Notes under the pieces: generated by a model
What the model saw: only the letters and a program-made list of their open reading frames with translations
What the model was told of the DNA's origin: nothing
Databases searched by the model: none
Assembly (NCBI RefSeq): GCF_009834535.1
Contig: NC_045697.1
Coordinates: 7,008,001-7,072,000, forward strand
DNA: 64,000 nt
Direction: 5' to 3'
Source of the DNA: Camelus ferus
Taxonomy: Eukaryota
Made by a program: the position numbers and the translations under genes
Shown: positions 49,210 through 62,340 of the stretch, piece by piece
How positions within the stretch are numbered: position 1 is the stretch's first letter
Layout: each line of letters opens with the position of its first letter

Positions 49210-49515
49210 CAGTGTTCTCCAAGCATACTCTATAGAACCTTAAAGCTAAAAGATGTTTCTTGGGGGAAAAAAAAGTGTTTCCATGGACAGATAAGTTTAG
49301 GGCATGCGGCGAATATTATCTTCCCTTTCCTTCACACAAATCGCATTTGCATCTAAAAGTCAGTGAGGAGTCTTCCAGTAAAGTAACCCAGATAAGTGTG
49401 TTTAACTGAGCATTTTTGTAAACTTATGGGATTAAAGGATTCCGTTTTTCTTATATCAACTATCAGCACCCTATGAAGCTAACATTCAGTGGAAAACACT
49501 ATGGGAAATGGTAGC
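49210..49515. mobile_element. Old hAT-Charlie MITE-like element (family uncertain)
   Basis: cagtgttctccaag...gtttaactgagcatttttgtaaactta...ggaaaacactatgggaaatg termini. Confidence 0.45.
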
Positions 49516-50089
49516 CTCGCTCCCGTGTGCCTGATCTTGATACACGTAGTATGTTTAAGGTGAATGCTTCTGAGATGCTTGTGCAGCCCACAGCCCCTTT
49601 CCTCGAACAGATCCAACCAAATAAGTAATTATAGCCTCGCTGTCAATCTACACAGTCACGCCTGCCCCTCTGACAATGCTTGGTTAGAAAAGTAGAAAGT
49701 CAGGGATTTTCCTCTTTCAAATCAGGAGTCAGAAGTTTCAGGCCCAGCTCATATGGTACATTGAGTTAGGGCTGTGGTGAGCTTTTCCCTCTCTATGTAT
49801 TCAGAGGCAGAGAAAAGTGATCCTTAGGGAGAAAATGAGAAAAGAATTCATCAGACCCTCAGAAAGAAGCAGAGTGAGTGAGCTTGAGGCCCCAGAGAGA
49901 CGGAGGAATGGGATTTATTCCCCTAGCACCCCAGCCCCCATAGAGCCCTGCTGAACTTCACAGCCTAGTGTATTATTTATCGCCCCTGCAGACTTCTACT
50001 GAATCCCTCTTTTGGTTTGCGTTTGTAGAAGGTGGTTTTGTTTCCTTCAACCAAAAAGCCTTAACTAATACATGGAATCAGAAATATAT

Positions 50090-50800
50090 TTAAGTTCAAC
50101 GGGTGTTTATTGAGCAACTTTGTATGCCAAGCCCTATGTTACGTGCTTGTTATGAGGGTTAAAAAAGTAGAATGCAGACCTTGCCCTAGAAAGTTTCACT
50201 GAGAGACGTGTTCACATGTGCAGATTTCGCTGGAATCTGGCAATTGCTAGATGAAGGTGCATTAGAGGACATTTATTTAATGCATGATGGAGCTAGGCGA
50301 AAAAAGAAAAGTTCCCAACATAAAAATTCTTAGGATAAATCTCAGAGCTTGAGTTCTCTAGGTACAGTAGTGCCACAGGGGTATTCCAGACAGGAGGCAC
50401 TGAGCATGCCTAGGGGTCCGCGTGTGAGGCAGTGATGAGTGTGTGGAGGAAAAAGTGAAGGGCCATGGCTGGAACTTGTAGAACAAGGGGACGAGCAGTG
50501 GGAGATAAGCCAGAGAAGTAATCAGCAGGCGTCAGGGAGGGAGAACCAATCCTTCCGTAGCACAGCTAATATATAAGGATGTCATCATGTCAGAGAAGCA
50601 GGTTCCGAACAGGAAAGTAACACGGTCAGATCTGCATGTTACAAAGATACTTTTTGGTAATTGTGTGCATGTTGGATTTGATGTAGGCAAAAGAGAAGGC
50701 AGGGAAACTGGTTAAGAGATGATGCTACACAGTGGGAATGGACAGGGGGCATGGAAATTAATTACAGACTCTTAATTTAAAGTGAATGAATAATAGAATG
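50090..50800 (-). mobile_element. L2 3' fragment
   Basis: ttcaac..gtttattgagcaactttgtatgccaagccctatgtt..ggtcagatctgcatgttacaaagat. Confidence 0.7.
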
Positions 50801-52448
50801 TTAGTGAAGAAAAAGTCCTTAGAGAGTTAACAGGTATTGGACATTCCCCACTACCACTCCAAAATCCTTGCTTCTTCATAAATTATGCATTTCACAACAG
50901 CCCTACATTCCCAGCCTGCAAACATGGTCTGCAGTGTAGGGCAAATGTGAGTCTAAACATTTACAATATTGAGATATGTGGTCTTCCTGTTAATTGACCC
51001 CACCAGCAGTGGTGCATGGAGCTGGGAGCTGGGACCTGGGACGTTTCTGAAAGATGCAGATTCCTCCTGGACCCATGGCTTCTTGAGAACTGGCTTCAGA
51101 AAGAGAGTACATTGGATCAGACCGGTTGTTTCAAACATTTTGTCCCACAGTGAACTTCTTACCAAAGGAGAATGTTCATGAAAGCCCTATATTTAAACAG
51201 CTTGGGCTGAGGCAGAGGGTAGAAAGCTTCAAACCCTCTTCTTAGGCCCTGCAGTGGGCTCTGAGATGCCTGTACAAAATCTTAGAAGTTCTGGGAAACA
51301 CAGTTTCAAAACGAGGGCATCTCTGTGGTCCTTTTCAGACTTTTTATGAACCTTTATATCTCATTGGTGGCTTTCTCTTGTCTGCCTGAGCTGGGCTCTG
51401 ACTCCCAGGATACATGAAATGTCCCGTAGGTCTTACAACATGGGCAGGGGGACACTCAGTCATTGATTACATCTGTGTTTCCTCAGCAGGTTGGGAGTGA
51501 TCTCACATATATCACAGTGAGATCACTATAAAGTAATTCTATTAAAGGAAAGTCAGTGACCCAGCCTGGAAAGAATATCTCACTGAAAAATTTGGACTGA
51601 ACCCTAACCTGTCAGTTACCCCTGGCTTGACCTTGGGACAAATTAGGAACCCCTCAGCCTCAGTCAGTCTCAATAACTTTTCTTATGAAAGTTCAAATAG
51701 TGTAGGTTTTGTGAAAATGATTTTTTTTATTCTGAAAACATCAACAAATTTTATTTAAAAACCTGTCAATGCTCACACATTCTATGATAGAATCAGAACG
51801 CCAAAGTGAAAATTTTATTAACAAAGCAAGCAAACATCCACACTACATATTAAATTAACATCAAGGCAAAGTGATCAATGACGAGCCATATGGTGAGGCA
51901 ATACTAACATACAACGCAGAGCTAGCTCTGGGTTGATAAAACCGGTCCAATGACTGTTTTCTCATTTCGTCAGGAGTGCTTGCCTAGTCTCACGGTAACA
52001 CGCCATCACATTTTCCCTGTTGCACTTGATAAGAGCAAATTGGCTCTGTGGGATGGAACAGAGCTTTGTTCAGTCCCACAGTTCAGCCTCCAATTGACTG
52101 GAAGAGTTGTACAAATTGTTTTCCCTTCGTTCAGAGACACTTATCAAGGCTCAACAAGGAAGGTAATTCAGGCCACTTGCCAGGCAGACAAATCTTTCAA
52201 AAAAAGGCAGCACCAAGCCCCCCAGCATAATGAAATTATATGACTTTACCAGCCCTGAGGGAATAAAAAAAAAAAGAAGAAAAAAAAAAAAACTTTCTGA
52301 AGCAGATTGTTTAATAAGGGTACCCAACAGAGAAATTTAGTGAAGTATTTCAAAGAGCTATTCAGTTGTGGCATTGTAACCTCCCAGCCCCCGTGGGAAG
52401 AGGAGCTCCCCACACAAATATTCCATATGATTTGTTGCTGATTTTTCT

Positions 52449-52450
<2 letters not shown>

Positions 52451-52492
<42 letters not shown>
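52451..52492. repeat. (TA)n microsatellite
   Basis: Read directly. Confidence 0.97.
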
Positions 52493-52493
<1 letters not shown>

Positions 52494-53154
52494 TCAGCAC
52501 ATGTCAGGTAACCTTCCTTAGAATGATGATTTTGTTAAGCGGTTTTAGATCTTTAAACCTCAGGTTTGGAAATAACCTTAAAAAGTAACAAGTACATTCT
52601 AAGTCCAGCCAGCAATCGGCTAATCCAAGTTCCTCTGGTAGGTGGACAGCGCTGTGTCACTCCTACTGTGGGCAGCAGAGGCTTTCTGCCTCTTGAGTAA
52701 GCCCAATGCCATTCATAGCGCTATACTTGGGCTTCTGGCCCCGACATGCTTTCGTCCCATCTTTGCCTCCTAGAATCACAGGTGGTTAGAACCAAATTGA
52801 CTTTATTCCCGTGTAGCCCAATGCTCATGTCTTGTAGCAGAGAAATCCGAGGCACAGAGAGCATGAGTGATTTCATAAGGTCCAATAGCTGGGAAATAGG
52901 AGATATGGATGATAAACACCACAGCCACACCAGCAGTGACACTGGGTTTTGATCTATTGTTTTTCTACACTTTATTTGGCATTATCTCATTTTCCATATA
53001 AAATGATAAATTAGAAATTGTGCTGGAGAAAGAGTCAGCAGACTAGGAATAATCCTCACTGTCTCCAAGTGGCTTGAGGTGCAATTTAGCCTCTCTGCCT
53101 TAATTTCTACTGCCTCAAATTGAGAATGAAGGAATGTATGTTGCATGTTTAATA

Positions 53155-53255
53155 AATATATACATATATATAAAATACATATGTGTGTGTGTCTGTGTAT
53201 ACACATACATATATATGTGTGTGTGTGTCTGTGTGTGTGTGTGTGTATATATATA
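53155..53255. repeat. Compound (TA)/(TG) simple repeat
   Basis: Read directly. Confidence 0.85.
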
Positions 53256-53599
53256 CCTATTATGAACCAGATATGGAGACATTGTTATTAGACCTAAGAG
53301 GCAAGTATTATTGGCTCATTTTACAGCTGAAGTAACTAAAGAACAAGGATGTGGGGTGATTTGTCTAAGCTTCTTCAGCCAAAAGAGGGTAGAGCAGAGA
53401 AGAGAAACCAAGTCCGTTTGAAGACAAGGTCCATTGAGCCATCAGGGAGAAGGTAGCTGGAGACCAGGTTATGTATTTAGGGGAAGGTTTTCTCCAGATG
53501 CTTGATTTTTCAGTGTAGCCAAATGAAACCAATAATGGTGATGTTTTATTCTAAAGAAAGTCTTTGTTAACTATCTCCCAGAGTTAAAATAGGTGTTGA

Positions 53600-54128
53600 G
53601 AGACCACATCGTTAGTTGTCAGCCTCTACTTGGACCTCCTCAGAAATGGGATGTCTACAGACAAAGCTTAGCAGATGACATCAGTGTTTCACCTGCATTC
53701 CCTCTGACTGCCCTGGACTGTCTTGTGTCCACCAGCTTCTGTGTGCTTCTGCTACCAACAGCAGCAATTGGAGGGCCGGCTTCAGGCTACCAGAGCCTTC
53801 ATTGCCTGTAGGCACAAAAGCACAAGAACCCAGGAGTACCTTGAAGAGAATGTCCACCTCAGGGCGTAACTTAGTGATGAGTTCAGGGGCATAAATACTC
53901 CAGCTCCCTTGCTGCTGATTCAGGAGCTCTGGAATGTACCGTTCATTGTTTCCACGGCTCCCCTGTGGGCTTACGCCAAAGCCACCCTCCAAGAGTGGGC
54001 GCATCCCATACTTGCTGTCATATACTTCCTTAGCCTCCTTTCCTTCCTCATCCTACTTCCCGCTTCCCATTTCACTTCCACACATGCCATCATACCAGGG
54101 GCTGCTTCTGGGAAACAAACTTAAGACC
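53600..54128 (+). mobile_element. ERVL-class LTR (LTR16/LTR33-like)
   Basis: gggcataaatactccagctcccttgc...ggctgcttctgggaaacaaacttaagac terminus. Confidence 0.6.
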
Positions 54129-54544
54129 TAAGAGCCGCCCATCCATTGTTTGACACCATGATTGTTTTTTCTTACATTCAATTAGTCTTTGTTTTTCTTC
54201 ATATTCAATAAGACTTAGACTCCCTATAATTCCCATCCAACAGATCTGTTCTGTCCTCCAAAGTGACAGAGCACACGTCTATCTGCCTTCCACTTGACCT
54301 GCTCTCAGATGGTTGATGGTATCTGCAGGTTCCTCTTAGTCTTCTCCAGCTCAGCAATGGCTTAAAAGAACATCATTGTGCACTTGCATTATCAGGAGCT
54401 AATAATAAAGAGTTGGCACTGACACTTCTTTGTCTGTTATCTGGGAATGAGCAGGAAAAAGAAGAAAACAGTCTTGTCACCCTAACAAAAGATGTAGAAT
54501 CAGTGTGTGTTCCTTTCCTAAGTCAGAGAAATAGCACTGCTACC

Positions 54545-54795
54545 AGTAATTGTCATTTATTGAGGTCTTACTATATTCTGGAGGGTTCACAGTCATTTTA
54601 CATGTGTCATCTCATTAAATCTCCCAAACCCTATTAGGAGTTATGATTGTCATTATTATTGATTTACAGATGAGGAAACAGAAGTACAGAGAGGTTATGC
54701 TACTAACTCTGTGCACAGCAGGAACAGATAGAGCTGGGATTTGAATCCAGACAATTTGACACCAGAGGCTATAGTCTGAACCATTACAAATCACT
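54545..54795 (-). mobile_element. MIR SINE
   Basis: catttattgaggtcttactat..tttacagatgaggaaacagaagtacagagaggtta..gctgggatttgaatccagac. Confidence 0.88.
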
Positions 54796-55198
54796 GTGCA
54801 TGTTCTGTGAATAAAGGACCTCATGAGTACACATTGTTGTAATGCATTGAATTTTCACAAGTATTTATTAGAGTGTGAGAGTACAGATTAGAGACTCAAA
54901 ATCCACACAAGATCTTTGTTTTAGATTGCAAAAATGGCTCCATTTTCAGCTCTTCCTCTTGAGAGAGAAAATGCTTTGGCCAATGAGAAATGAACAAACA
55001 GATCCAAGCAGTGGCTTAACAGTGCTGGCATGTTGGAATATGCTTTCTCTTTCTGCTCTTTAGAACCCTAAGACTGTCATGTAAAGACTTTCCACCTTCC
55101 TGGAAGCTAGAAGATCACAGGGAAAAGAGTTAATCCATCTCATCTGAGTTCTCCTTAGACTGAACAGCCCATGACCTCTGAGTTAGGTCATCCTAGAC

Positions 55199-55416
55199 TA
55201 AGGTTTGTCAACCTCGCTGCTACTAACATTTTGGGCCAGACAGTTCTTTGTTGTAGGGAATTGTTGTAGGATGTTTAGCAGCCTCTCTGTCCTTTACCCA
55301 CTAAATACCAATAAAAGTGCCAAGTCATGACAAACCAAAAATGTGTCTAGATCTTTCCAAACATTCTCTGGTGGAGATGGTGGTGTGTGCAAGTCATCCA
55401 CAGTTAAGAACTACAG
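55199..55416. mobile_element. MER20 (hAT-Charlie) nested in an MLT1 LTR (~54920-55558)
   Basis: gtttgtcaacctc..acattttgggccagacagttctttgttgt..aggatgtttagcagc..tttacccactaaatacca; 8-bp TSD tcctagac (55191-55198) / ttctaaac (55417-55424). Confidence 0.88.
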
Positions 55417-55739
55417 TTCTAAACCATCAAGTCCTAGCTGATGTACCCCAGACCTGAAAGATTACTCAACTGACTCATAACTGTAAGACAAAAATAAATG
55501 ATTGTTTTAAGCCATTAGGTTTTAAAAAAAAAGTTACTAGTCAAAAACTAAATAATGCAGTCTCTGTAATAGAGACAATGTGGATTCCCCACCCCTATTC
55601 CTCTTTCTGGATTATACAGAAGGATGACATTCTCTAGTCCTATTTATATTTAGGTGAAGATTATTCAATTAAGTGCTTGGCAATAGGAATGTGAGTAGAA
55701 CTTATGTGTCACTTGGTCTCAAGCAGTTAAAAATAGTAT

Positions 55740-56096
55740 ACAAAACTGTAATGAGGTATCACCTCACACCAGTCAGAATGGCCATCACTAAAATTCCACA
55801 AATGATAAATGCTGGAGAGGATATGGAGAAAACAGTGTAGGAGGATACCTACACTGTTGGTAGGAATGTAGTTCGGTGCAGTCGTTATGTATAGAGATTC
55901 CTTTAAAAGCTGAAAATAAACTTACTATTACATCCCAGCGGTCCCACTCCTGGGCATATATCTTGAGGAAACTCTAATTTGAAAAGCTACATGCACCCTG
56001 ATGTTTATAGCAGCACTTTTTACAATTGCCAACGTATGAAAACAACCTAAATGTCCATCAAGAGATAACTGGATAAAGAAGTTGTGGTATTTCTCT

Positions 56097-56145
<49 letters not shown>

Positions 56146-56665
56146 GGGATACTACTCAGCCATGAAAAAGAATAAAATAATGCCATTTGCAGCAACGTAG
56201 ATGGACATGGAGATCATCATTCTAAGTAAAGTAATCCAGAAAGAGAAAGAAAAATACTATATAATATCATTTATATGTGAAATCTAAATTTAAAAAATTG
56301 AGACAAATAAACTTATTTACAAAACAGAAACAGACTTACTGACATAGATAACAAACTTGTGTTTACCATGGGGGAAAAAGGAGGGGGTGCAGGGATACAT
56401 TAGGGAGTTTGGAATTTGCATATACTAACCACTATACATAAAATAGATAAACAGTAAACTCTCACTGTACAGCACAGGAACTATATTCAATACCTTGTAA
56501 TAGCTTATAATGAAGAAAGAATATGAAAAGGAATACACACACACACACACACATATATATATACACACATATCTATGTGTATAACTGAATCACTATGCTG
56601 TGACCAGAAATTAACACAACATTGTAAACCAACTATACTTCTATTAAAACAAAATTTTAAAAAAT
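55740..56665 (+). mobile_element. L1 3' end (ORF2 C-terminus + 3'UTR) nested in an MLT1 LTR (~55565-55735 and ~56670-56895); contains (CA)n at 56101-56143
   Basis: aatgaggtatcacctcacaccagtcagaatggccatca...atgtttatagcagcact...caacattgtaaaccaactatacttctattaaaa. Confidence 0.95.
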
Positions 56666-57021
56666 AACATTGTTCTCCACAGCCCCTTTCTCCTATTTGC
56701 TCAGTAGAAGAGAACTCCCAACACTGGCAGAATTATAAGGTGGAAGTATGAATACCTGAGCCATCTTTCGAAGAGACTGCTTAGGAGAACTGCCTAATCT
56801 GCACTGGTCTGTGACATAAATAAGGGGTAAATCTTTACCATCTTATACCACTGAGATTTAGGGCTTACTTGTTATCACAGCACAGCGTAGCCTCCATCTT
56901 CATTCCTGGCATATGTTATACGTTGGAAATAAATTAAGCTTGCTTATTCTTTCCTTTGGGATGAGGACTGGGAAAGTTTCAATAAGATTTGTCATTAAAT
57001 GAACAGATTTCCTTTGATATC

Positions 57022-58437
57022 TTTTTTTCTTCCAATTTTATTGAGATATAATTGACCTACAGCACTGTATGAGTTTAAGATGTACAGAATAATGGTGTAA
57101 GTTACATACATCATGAAATGATTATCATAGTAAGTCTAGTGAACATCCATAATCCGACACAGATTCAAAATAAAAGAAATAGAAAAAAATTTTTCTTGTG
57201 ATGAGAACTCCTAGGATTTACTTTCTTAGCAATTTTCATGTATAACATACAGCAGGGGTAATTACAGTTACCGATTGTACATTACATCTCTAGTTCTTAT
57301 TTACCTCACAACTGGAAATCTGTACCTTTGGTCCACCTTCATCCAATTCCCCCTCCACTCCACTCCCCGTCTCTGGCAAACACAAATCTGATCTCTCTAG
57401 TTTGTTTGTTTTTGAAGTATAGTTATCTACAACACTATGTTGATTCCTCTGGGATTTTATCTTGTTTCTTCTTTGAACGTATTCCTCTGTTGCTTCATTC
57501 TGCCTAATTTGCTGTTTTTATTTCTATATATCTGGTAGTTTGTTTATGCCTCTTGACCTTGGAGAAGTAATCTTTTGTAGGAGACGTCCTATGTGTCCTA
57601 GTAACACACTCCTCTCTGATTTCCAGATCTATATGTTCCAGGGGTGCCCCCTATGTGGGCTGTGTAAGTTTTTCTGTTGTGGTGGGTTGACTACCATGGG
57701 CAGTCTGGCAAGTGTGGCTGGTCCCCTGTCCAGCTAGTTGCTTGCCCTGAGGCTTAGAACTGGTGCAGAAAGGCTGCTGGGAGGGGCCCAGGGCTAATAC
57801 ACGAGAGGGAGGAGCCCACAATACCACTTGCAGAACCGCTGTCCACATGGTAAAATGAGCTCCCCAAAGTGCCTGCCACCAGTGTCTGTGTCCCCAAGGT
57901 GAGCTCGAATTGCCTCCTGCCTCTCCTGGAGGCTCTCCAAGATCAAGGTGGGTCTGATCCAAATTCCTTTCAAATAACTGCTTCTGCCCTGGGTCCTGAA
58001 GTGTGTAAGATTTTCTGTGAGCCTTTTAAGAGTGGAGTCTCCATTTCCCACAGCCCTCTGGGTCTCCTGAAAGTAGACCCTGCTGGTCTTCAAAGCTAAA
58101 CATTCTGGGGACTCATGTTCCCGGTTCTGGACCCCCAGGGCTGGGGAGCCTGATGTGGAGTTGAGACCACTCCTTGGGGAGCGCCTCTGTGATGTAACTA
58201 TTTCCCTGTTTGTGAGTTGCCCACTGTAGGATATGGGTCTTGACCATACCACATCTCCACCCATCATACTGGTCTCCTTGTGGCTCCTTCTTTATACCAT
58301 TAGTTGGATATCTCTTCTGCTAATCTTCCAGATTTCCTCATCAATAGTTGCTCCGTAAATTGTTGTAATGTTGTGTGCCCATGGGAGGAGGTGAGCTCAG
58401 GGTCTTCCTGCTCTACCATGTTGGCCCTTACATTGCC
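57022..58437 (-). mobile_element. L1 in which the 5'UTR/ORF1 start (~57447-58437) is joined directly to a 3' UTR (57022-~57446)
   Basis: The 5' end on the minus strand reads gggccaacatggtagagcaggaagaccctgagctcacctcc. 57450-57560 is homologous to 11795-11910 of the other L1. The 3' end reads ttttattgagatataattgacctacagcactgtat. Confidence 0.8.
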
Positions 58438-58489
58438 CAAATTATCTTTAATCCAAGATGACAACTACTAGGGTGCCAGCCCCAGCTCT

Positions 58490-58900
58490 TGCATTCATTT
58501 ATTCAATTAATGTTTATTAAGTGGCCACTGACTGTTAACAACCATACCAAGAACAGAGCCGTGTAGAAGAGCAAGGCATGGTCTATGCCTCTGAGGAGAC
58601 CATAGCCCACTGGCGAAGGACAATCACATTAAAAGAAAACTCACAAAACATGGCAGTCACTACAGTGATGAACTTTTAAACCAGGTGCTGGGAGAACTTC
58701 AAAGAATTGATGAATAACTGCCTGGAGAAATCAGAAAACTCTTCACAGAGTAAGTGATATTATACTTGGATCTATAAAAATAAAATAAGTATTTTAATAG
58801 GCAAAAAGTAAAGAACATAAGGAAATAATGGAGAAGCATTCCAAGCATGAGGAAGAGAAATTACAAAATAAATGGGAATGTGAAATGTCTCTTGGCTTGG
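58490..58900 (-). mobile_element. L2 3' fragment
   Basis: cattcatttattcaattaatgtttattaagtggccact..atggtctatgcctctgaggagaccatag. Confidence 0.65.
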
Positions 58901-58954
58901 AAGAGAGTTGAGGACATTCTCCTTAACAAATAGTGAGGGTGACATCTAGAAGCC

Positions 58955-59485
58955 TGTGTTCTCATTTATCACTCTGTTACAAACTAGCCCAAAATGTAAT
59001 GGCTTAAAAAACAACTATTTTGTTTTATCTAATAATTTTTTTGGGTTAGGGTTAGGGGCAGCACCTGATTTGAAAGTTTTCCTGTCCCATGTGGTGGTGT
59101 TGGAGGTCACAGAGAGATATTCATCTGCTGGATGAGGTGGTGTGTGTCTCCAAGATGACTTTATGTTCCTATCTCGGCACCTCGATAGGCATGGCTGGGT
59201 TCAGCTAATACTACTGACCTAAGCATGGACATCTGGCATCTCCAGCATGATGTGGGTGGTCTCAGAATAGTCAGACTCTTTACATGGATGCTTAGGGCTC
59301 CTGGAGACAGTGTTTCAAAAGGCAAGAAGTAGAAGATGCCAGTCTTTTAAGCCTGGGGCCCAGACACTGACACTAACTCAGATTTGACATATTCTACGGT
59401 CACGGTCACCGGAGAGCCTGCTTCAGATTCAAGAGGTGGGTCACAGACCCCGATTCTCAATGGGAGTTTGATCAAAGAATTTTCA
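58955..59485 (-). mobile_element. Old MaLR LTR (MLT1H/I/J-like)
   Basis: gttacaaactagcccaaaatgtaatggcttaaaaacaactattt...gtcagactctttacatgg..cagattcaagaggtggg. Confidence 0.75.
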
Positions 59486-59946
59486 GGCAAGAGCAGGGGT
59501 CTGAGTGTCTCATTCAAGGTGGCAAGGCTTCTTCCCCATGGAAGCCTACCAGCAGGGACATTAATGCTCAACAGATTCTTCTTGACCTCTTGAGATGGGA
59601 TGAACTCCCACTGTGAAAAAGCTCCCTGGGAGATGATACCAGGGTCAGACGTGGCCTTGAAAGAGAAGGGAGATTATAACAAGTTAATTTTGGAGGAGGG
59701 GTGCCCAAGTTAGACAGGAAATTGAGCCTGTTCCGAAGATAAAGAGTATTCAGGGGGGCAGGAAGGTAAAGACTTACAGGAAGAGGAAATCCAGGGGCAG
59801 AAGGTGGGTGGGTGGGAACCAGAGAAAAAGCGATTGGAACAGTAGATGAAAAGAGGTGCTACATGAGTTTGATTTTAGGCGAAAGACTTTACTCTGGAAG
59901 GTATGGGAAGCAGTTGTGGGATGGTGCTAAGAGTTCTGCTTTGGAA

Positions 59947-60120
59947 CAGGGTCTGAGCTGGCCTCTACGTGTCACAGACACACCCATTCTGTTTTGTACT
60001 GTCTGTGGCTGCTTTGTGACACAGTGGCAGAGTTGGTTCCTGGCAACACAGATCCTGAGGCCCACAAAACATAAGATATTTGCTATCGGACCCTTTACAG
60101 AGAGAGTTTGCTGATCCTTG
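59947..60120 (+). mobile_element. MER58A (non-autonomous Cheshire derivative)
   Basis: gtctgtggctgctttgtgacacagtggcagagttg..cccacaaaacataagatatttgctatcggaccctttacagagagagtttgctgatccttg. Confidence 0.88.
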
Positions 60121-61084
60121 CTTTAAAGATTAATCTGATAGCCATGGTCTTCTAACCACCAACCAGTCTTAGGAGAAGGTGCTGGAAGATGAGCTGTGAG
60201 GCTGTTGAAACAATCTAGTGATGTGAGCATGGATCGTGGCAGTGGGATGAGGAAGTGGGGAAAAGCTAGGAGACATCATGCAGGTGGAGTTGACTCAAGT
60301 CTGCGTTTAGTGAAGTGAAGGTGTGTATAATTGCATGTGTGTCTGTCCTTGGAGGAGGGCTAGAAAGCCCAGAGAGATGTTTCACTGTTGAGAGATACTG
60401 ATGCTATTAGCAAAAATGGAGGAGGACTGTGGGATGCAGGAAGAAAGAGAAGCTCTTTTGGAAAACGGGAGGGTAAATCTGTTTTTCTCTCCCCCAAATG
60501 GCATTACTATTTGGACACTGGCTAAGCCAAGTGCAATAACCGTGAATTTCTTCTGAAATTCCATTCTATCAAATAGAATGATTATGAAAAAAGAGAGTCA
60601 GTGTGACAATTCCCAAATGTTTAATTTATTTCACCAGTTTAACAAGCACCCGATTGAGAGAGGGGATCTCTACTGATCTCTCAGGACAGTTTCTGATTTC
60701 TGGCTGGATCAGGCTACCTCCTGCCTCAAGATTTTTGTTTAGGTTACCTCCTTTGCCTAAACATTGTTGGGCAGACTCCTAACTCAACTTTCCTGGCTAA
60801 CATCTCCTGATCCAGTAGGGTTGAGCTTAAACTTCACTTCCTCCAGAAAGCCTTCCTTGGATTTATGGGCTGGATTCGTTGCCCCTGGACAATTCCCGGG
60901 CAGCACACCGTGGTTTCCTCTGCTGTGCGGTTCTGCACAACTTATCTGTTACTCTGTGCCGCCTCCCCAGGCTTCTTCCTCTAGATAGGAGGTGTTCGAG
61001 ATCTGGGACTACGTAAGTAAATTGTTAACCCTCTACAGATAATACAGTGCTTATTAGCTATAGATACAAACTTGATGATACAAT

Positions 61085-61350
61085 AAATAATAAAAAATCA
61101 GCTTTTATTGAGAAGTTCCTGCATCAGACACTGGTCTAAGGATTTTATACAAATCAGCTCAGTCTTCAAATCAGCCTCCTACTGCAGGTATCATTGTTAT
61201 ATCCACTTCAGAGACGCAGGGACTAAGGCTCAGAGAAGCTGAGAATCTCAATTTTACTCAAGGTAACAGAACCATTAAATGGCATAACCAAGGCTTTAGA
61301 GCCAAATCTGTATGACTCCAGACCCAAGTAGTTAACTACTACAAGTACTG
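61085..61350 (-). mobile_element. MIR SINE
   Basis: ttttattgag..gcaggtatcattgttatatccacttcagagacgcagggactaaggctcagagaag. Confidence 0.75.
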
Positions 61351-61604
61351 GTCCTTGAATGGATACATAAACACGTGAAGGAGAAAAGCAAGGAAGGGAG
61401 GGAGGGAGGGAGGGAAGGAAGGAGAAAGGAAGGAAAGAGGGACAAACCATTGGCTTTATAATAGAATGACTTCATAGTGTGTTCTCATCAATTATGGTGC
61501 GTCTACCAACAAGGAAAGCACAACTAACACTTACTTTGCACATTACATTACATAGATCAACACAATTACTCTTTGCAGCAGCAACCCTATGAAGCGCATT
61601 CACC

Positions 61605-62340
61605 CAGTGTCGTCTTGTATCTGGAATTTAACCACTGCATAACTCTTCCTCAGCCACCATCAGCTCCTGCCTAGGTTACAGCTGCAGCCTTCCTGCTGCC
61701 GTCTTCCTGCTTCCGAGCTCACTACCCTCTAGACCATCTTCTGCCTAAAAGTCAGAATGATTCTTTGAAAAAAATGTCATATCCTGTCAATCATCCTTTT
61801 GAACCCTCCAGTGTTTCCTCATCTTGGAGCGAAAACCAGTTATCACAGGGCTGTGCAGGCCCTGAGCAATCTCACGTCCTTCTCTGAATCCATCCTCACC
61901 CCCTCTTCCCCTTGCTTACTCAGCATCAGCCACACTGGCCTCCCCTGCTCTCCTCAAACCTGCCAGACATGCCTGTGAATCTGCTGTTCCCTCTGCATGA
62001 AATGTGGTTCCCACAAATACTGACATGACTTACTTCCATACCTTGCTCAAATGCCTCCTTCACAGTGAGACTTCCCTAGACTTTGCCTACAAATGACACC
62101 ACCCTTTTCTTCCTAACTCCTGCACTTCTGATCTCTCGTCCCTGCATAATTTCCCTGAAACTCTAATATCTATGCAATATGCAGTATAGTTTACTTATGA
62201 ATTTGTTTATTTCCCCCCATTTCTCCAAATCCCAGAAGGTAGAGTTCAGGAATTGTTGCCTCTTATAATCTCCTATATTTTCGGCACCTTGTAGGTAGTC
62301 AGCACTCACTGCATGTTCTTAGGAAGCGTGAACAAATGAA
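61605..62340 (+). mobile_element. L2 3' fragment
   Basis: agccaccatcagctcctgcctaggttacagctgcagccttcc..cagccacactggcctcc..aacaaatgaa. Confidence 0.75.

Noticed and set aside
57651..58267. ORFs of 103 and 157 aa
   Set aside because: They fall within a GC-richer L1 5' UTR, where stop-poor frames are expected.
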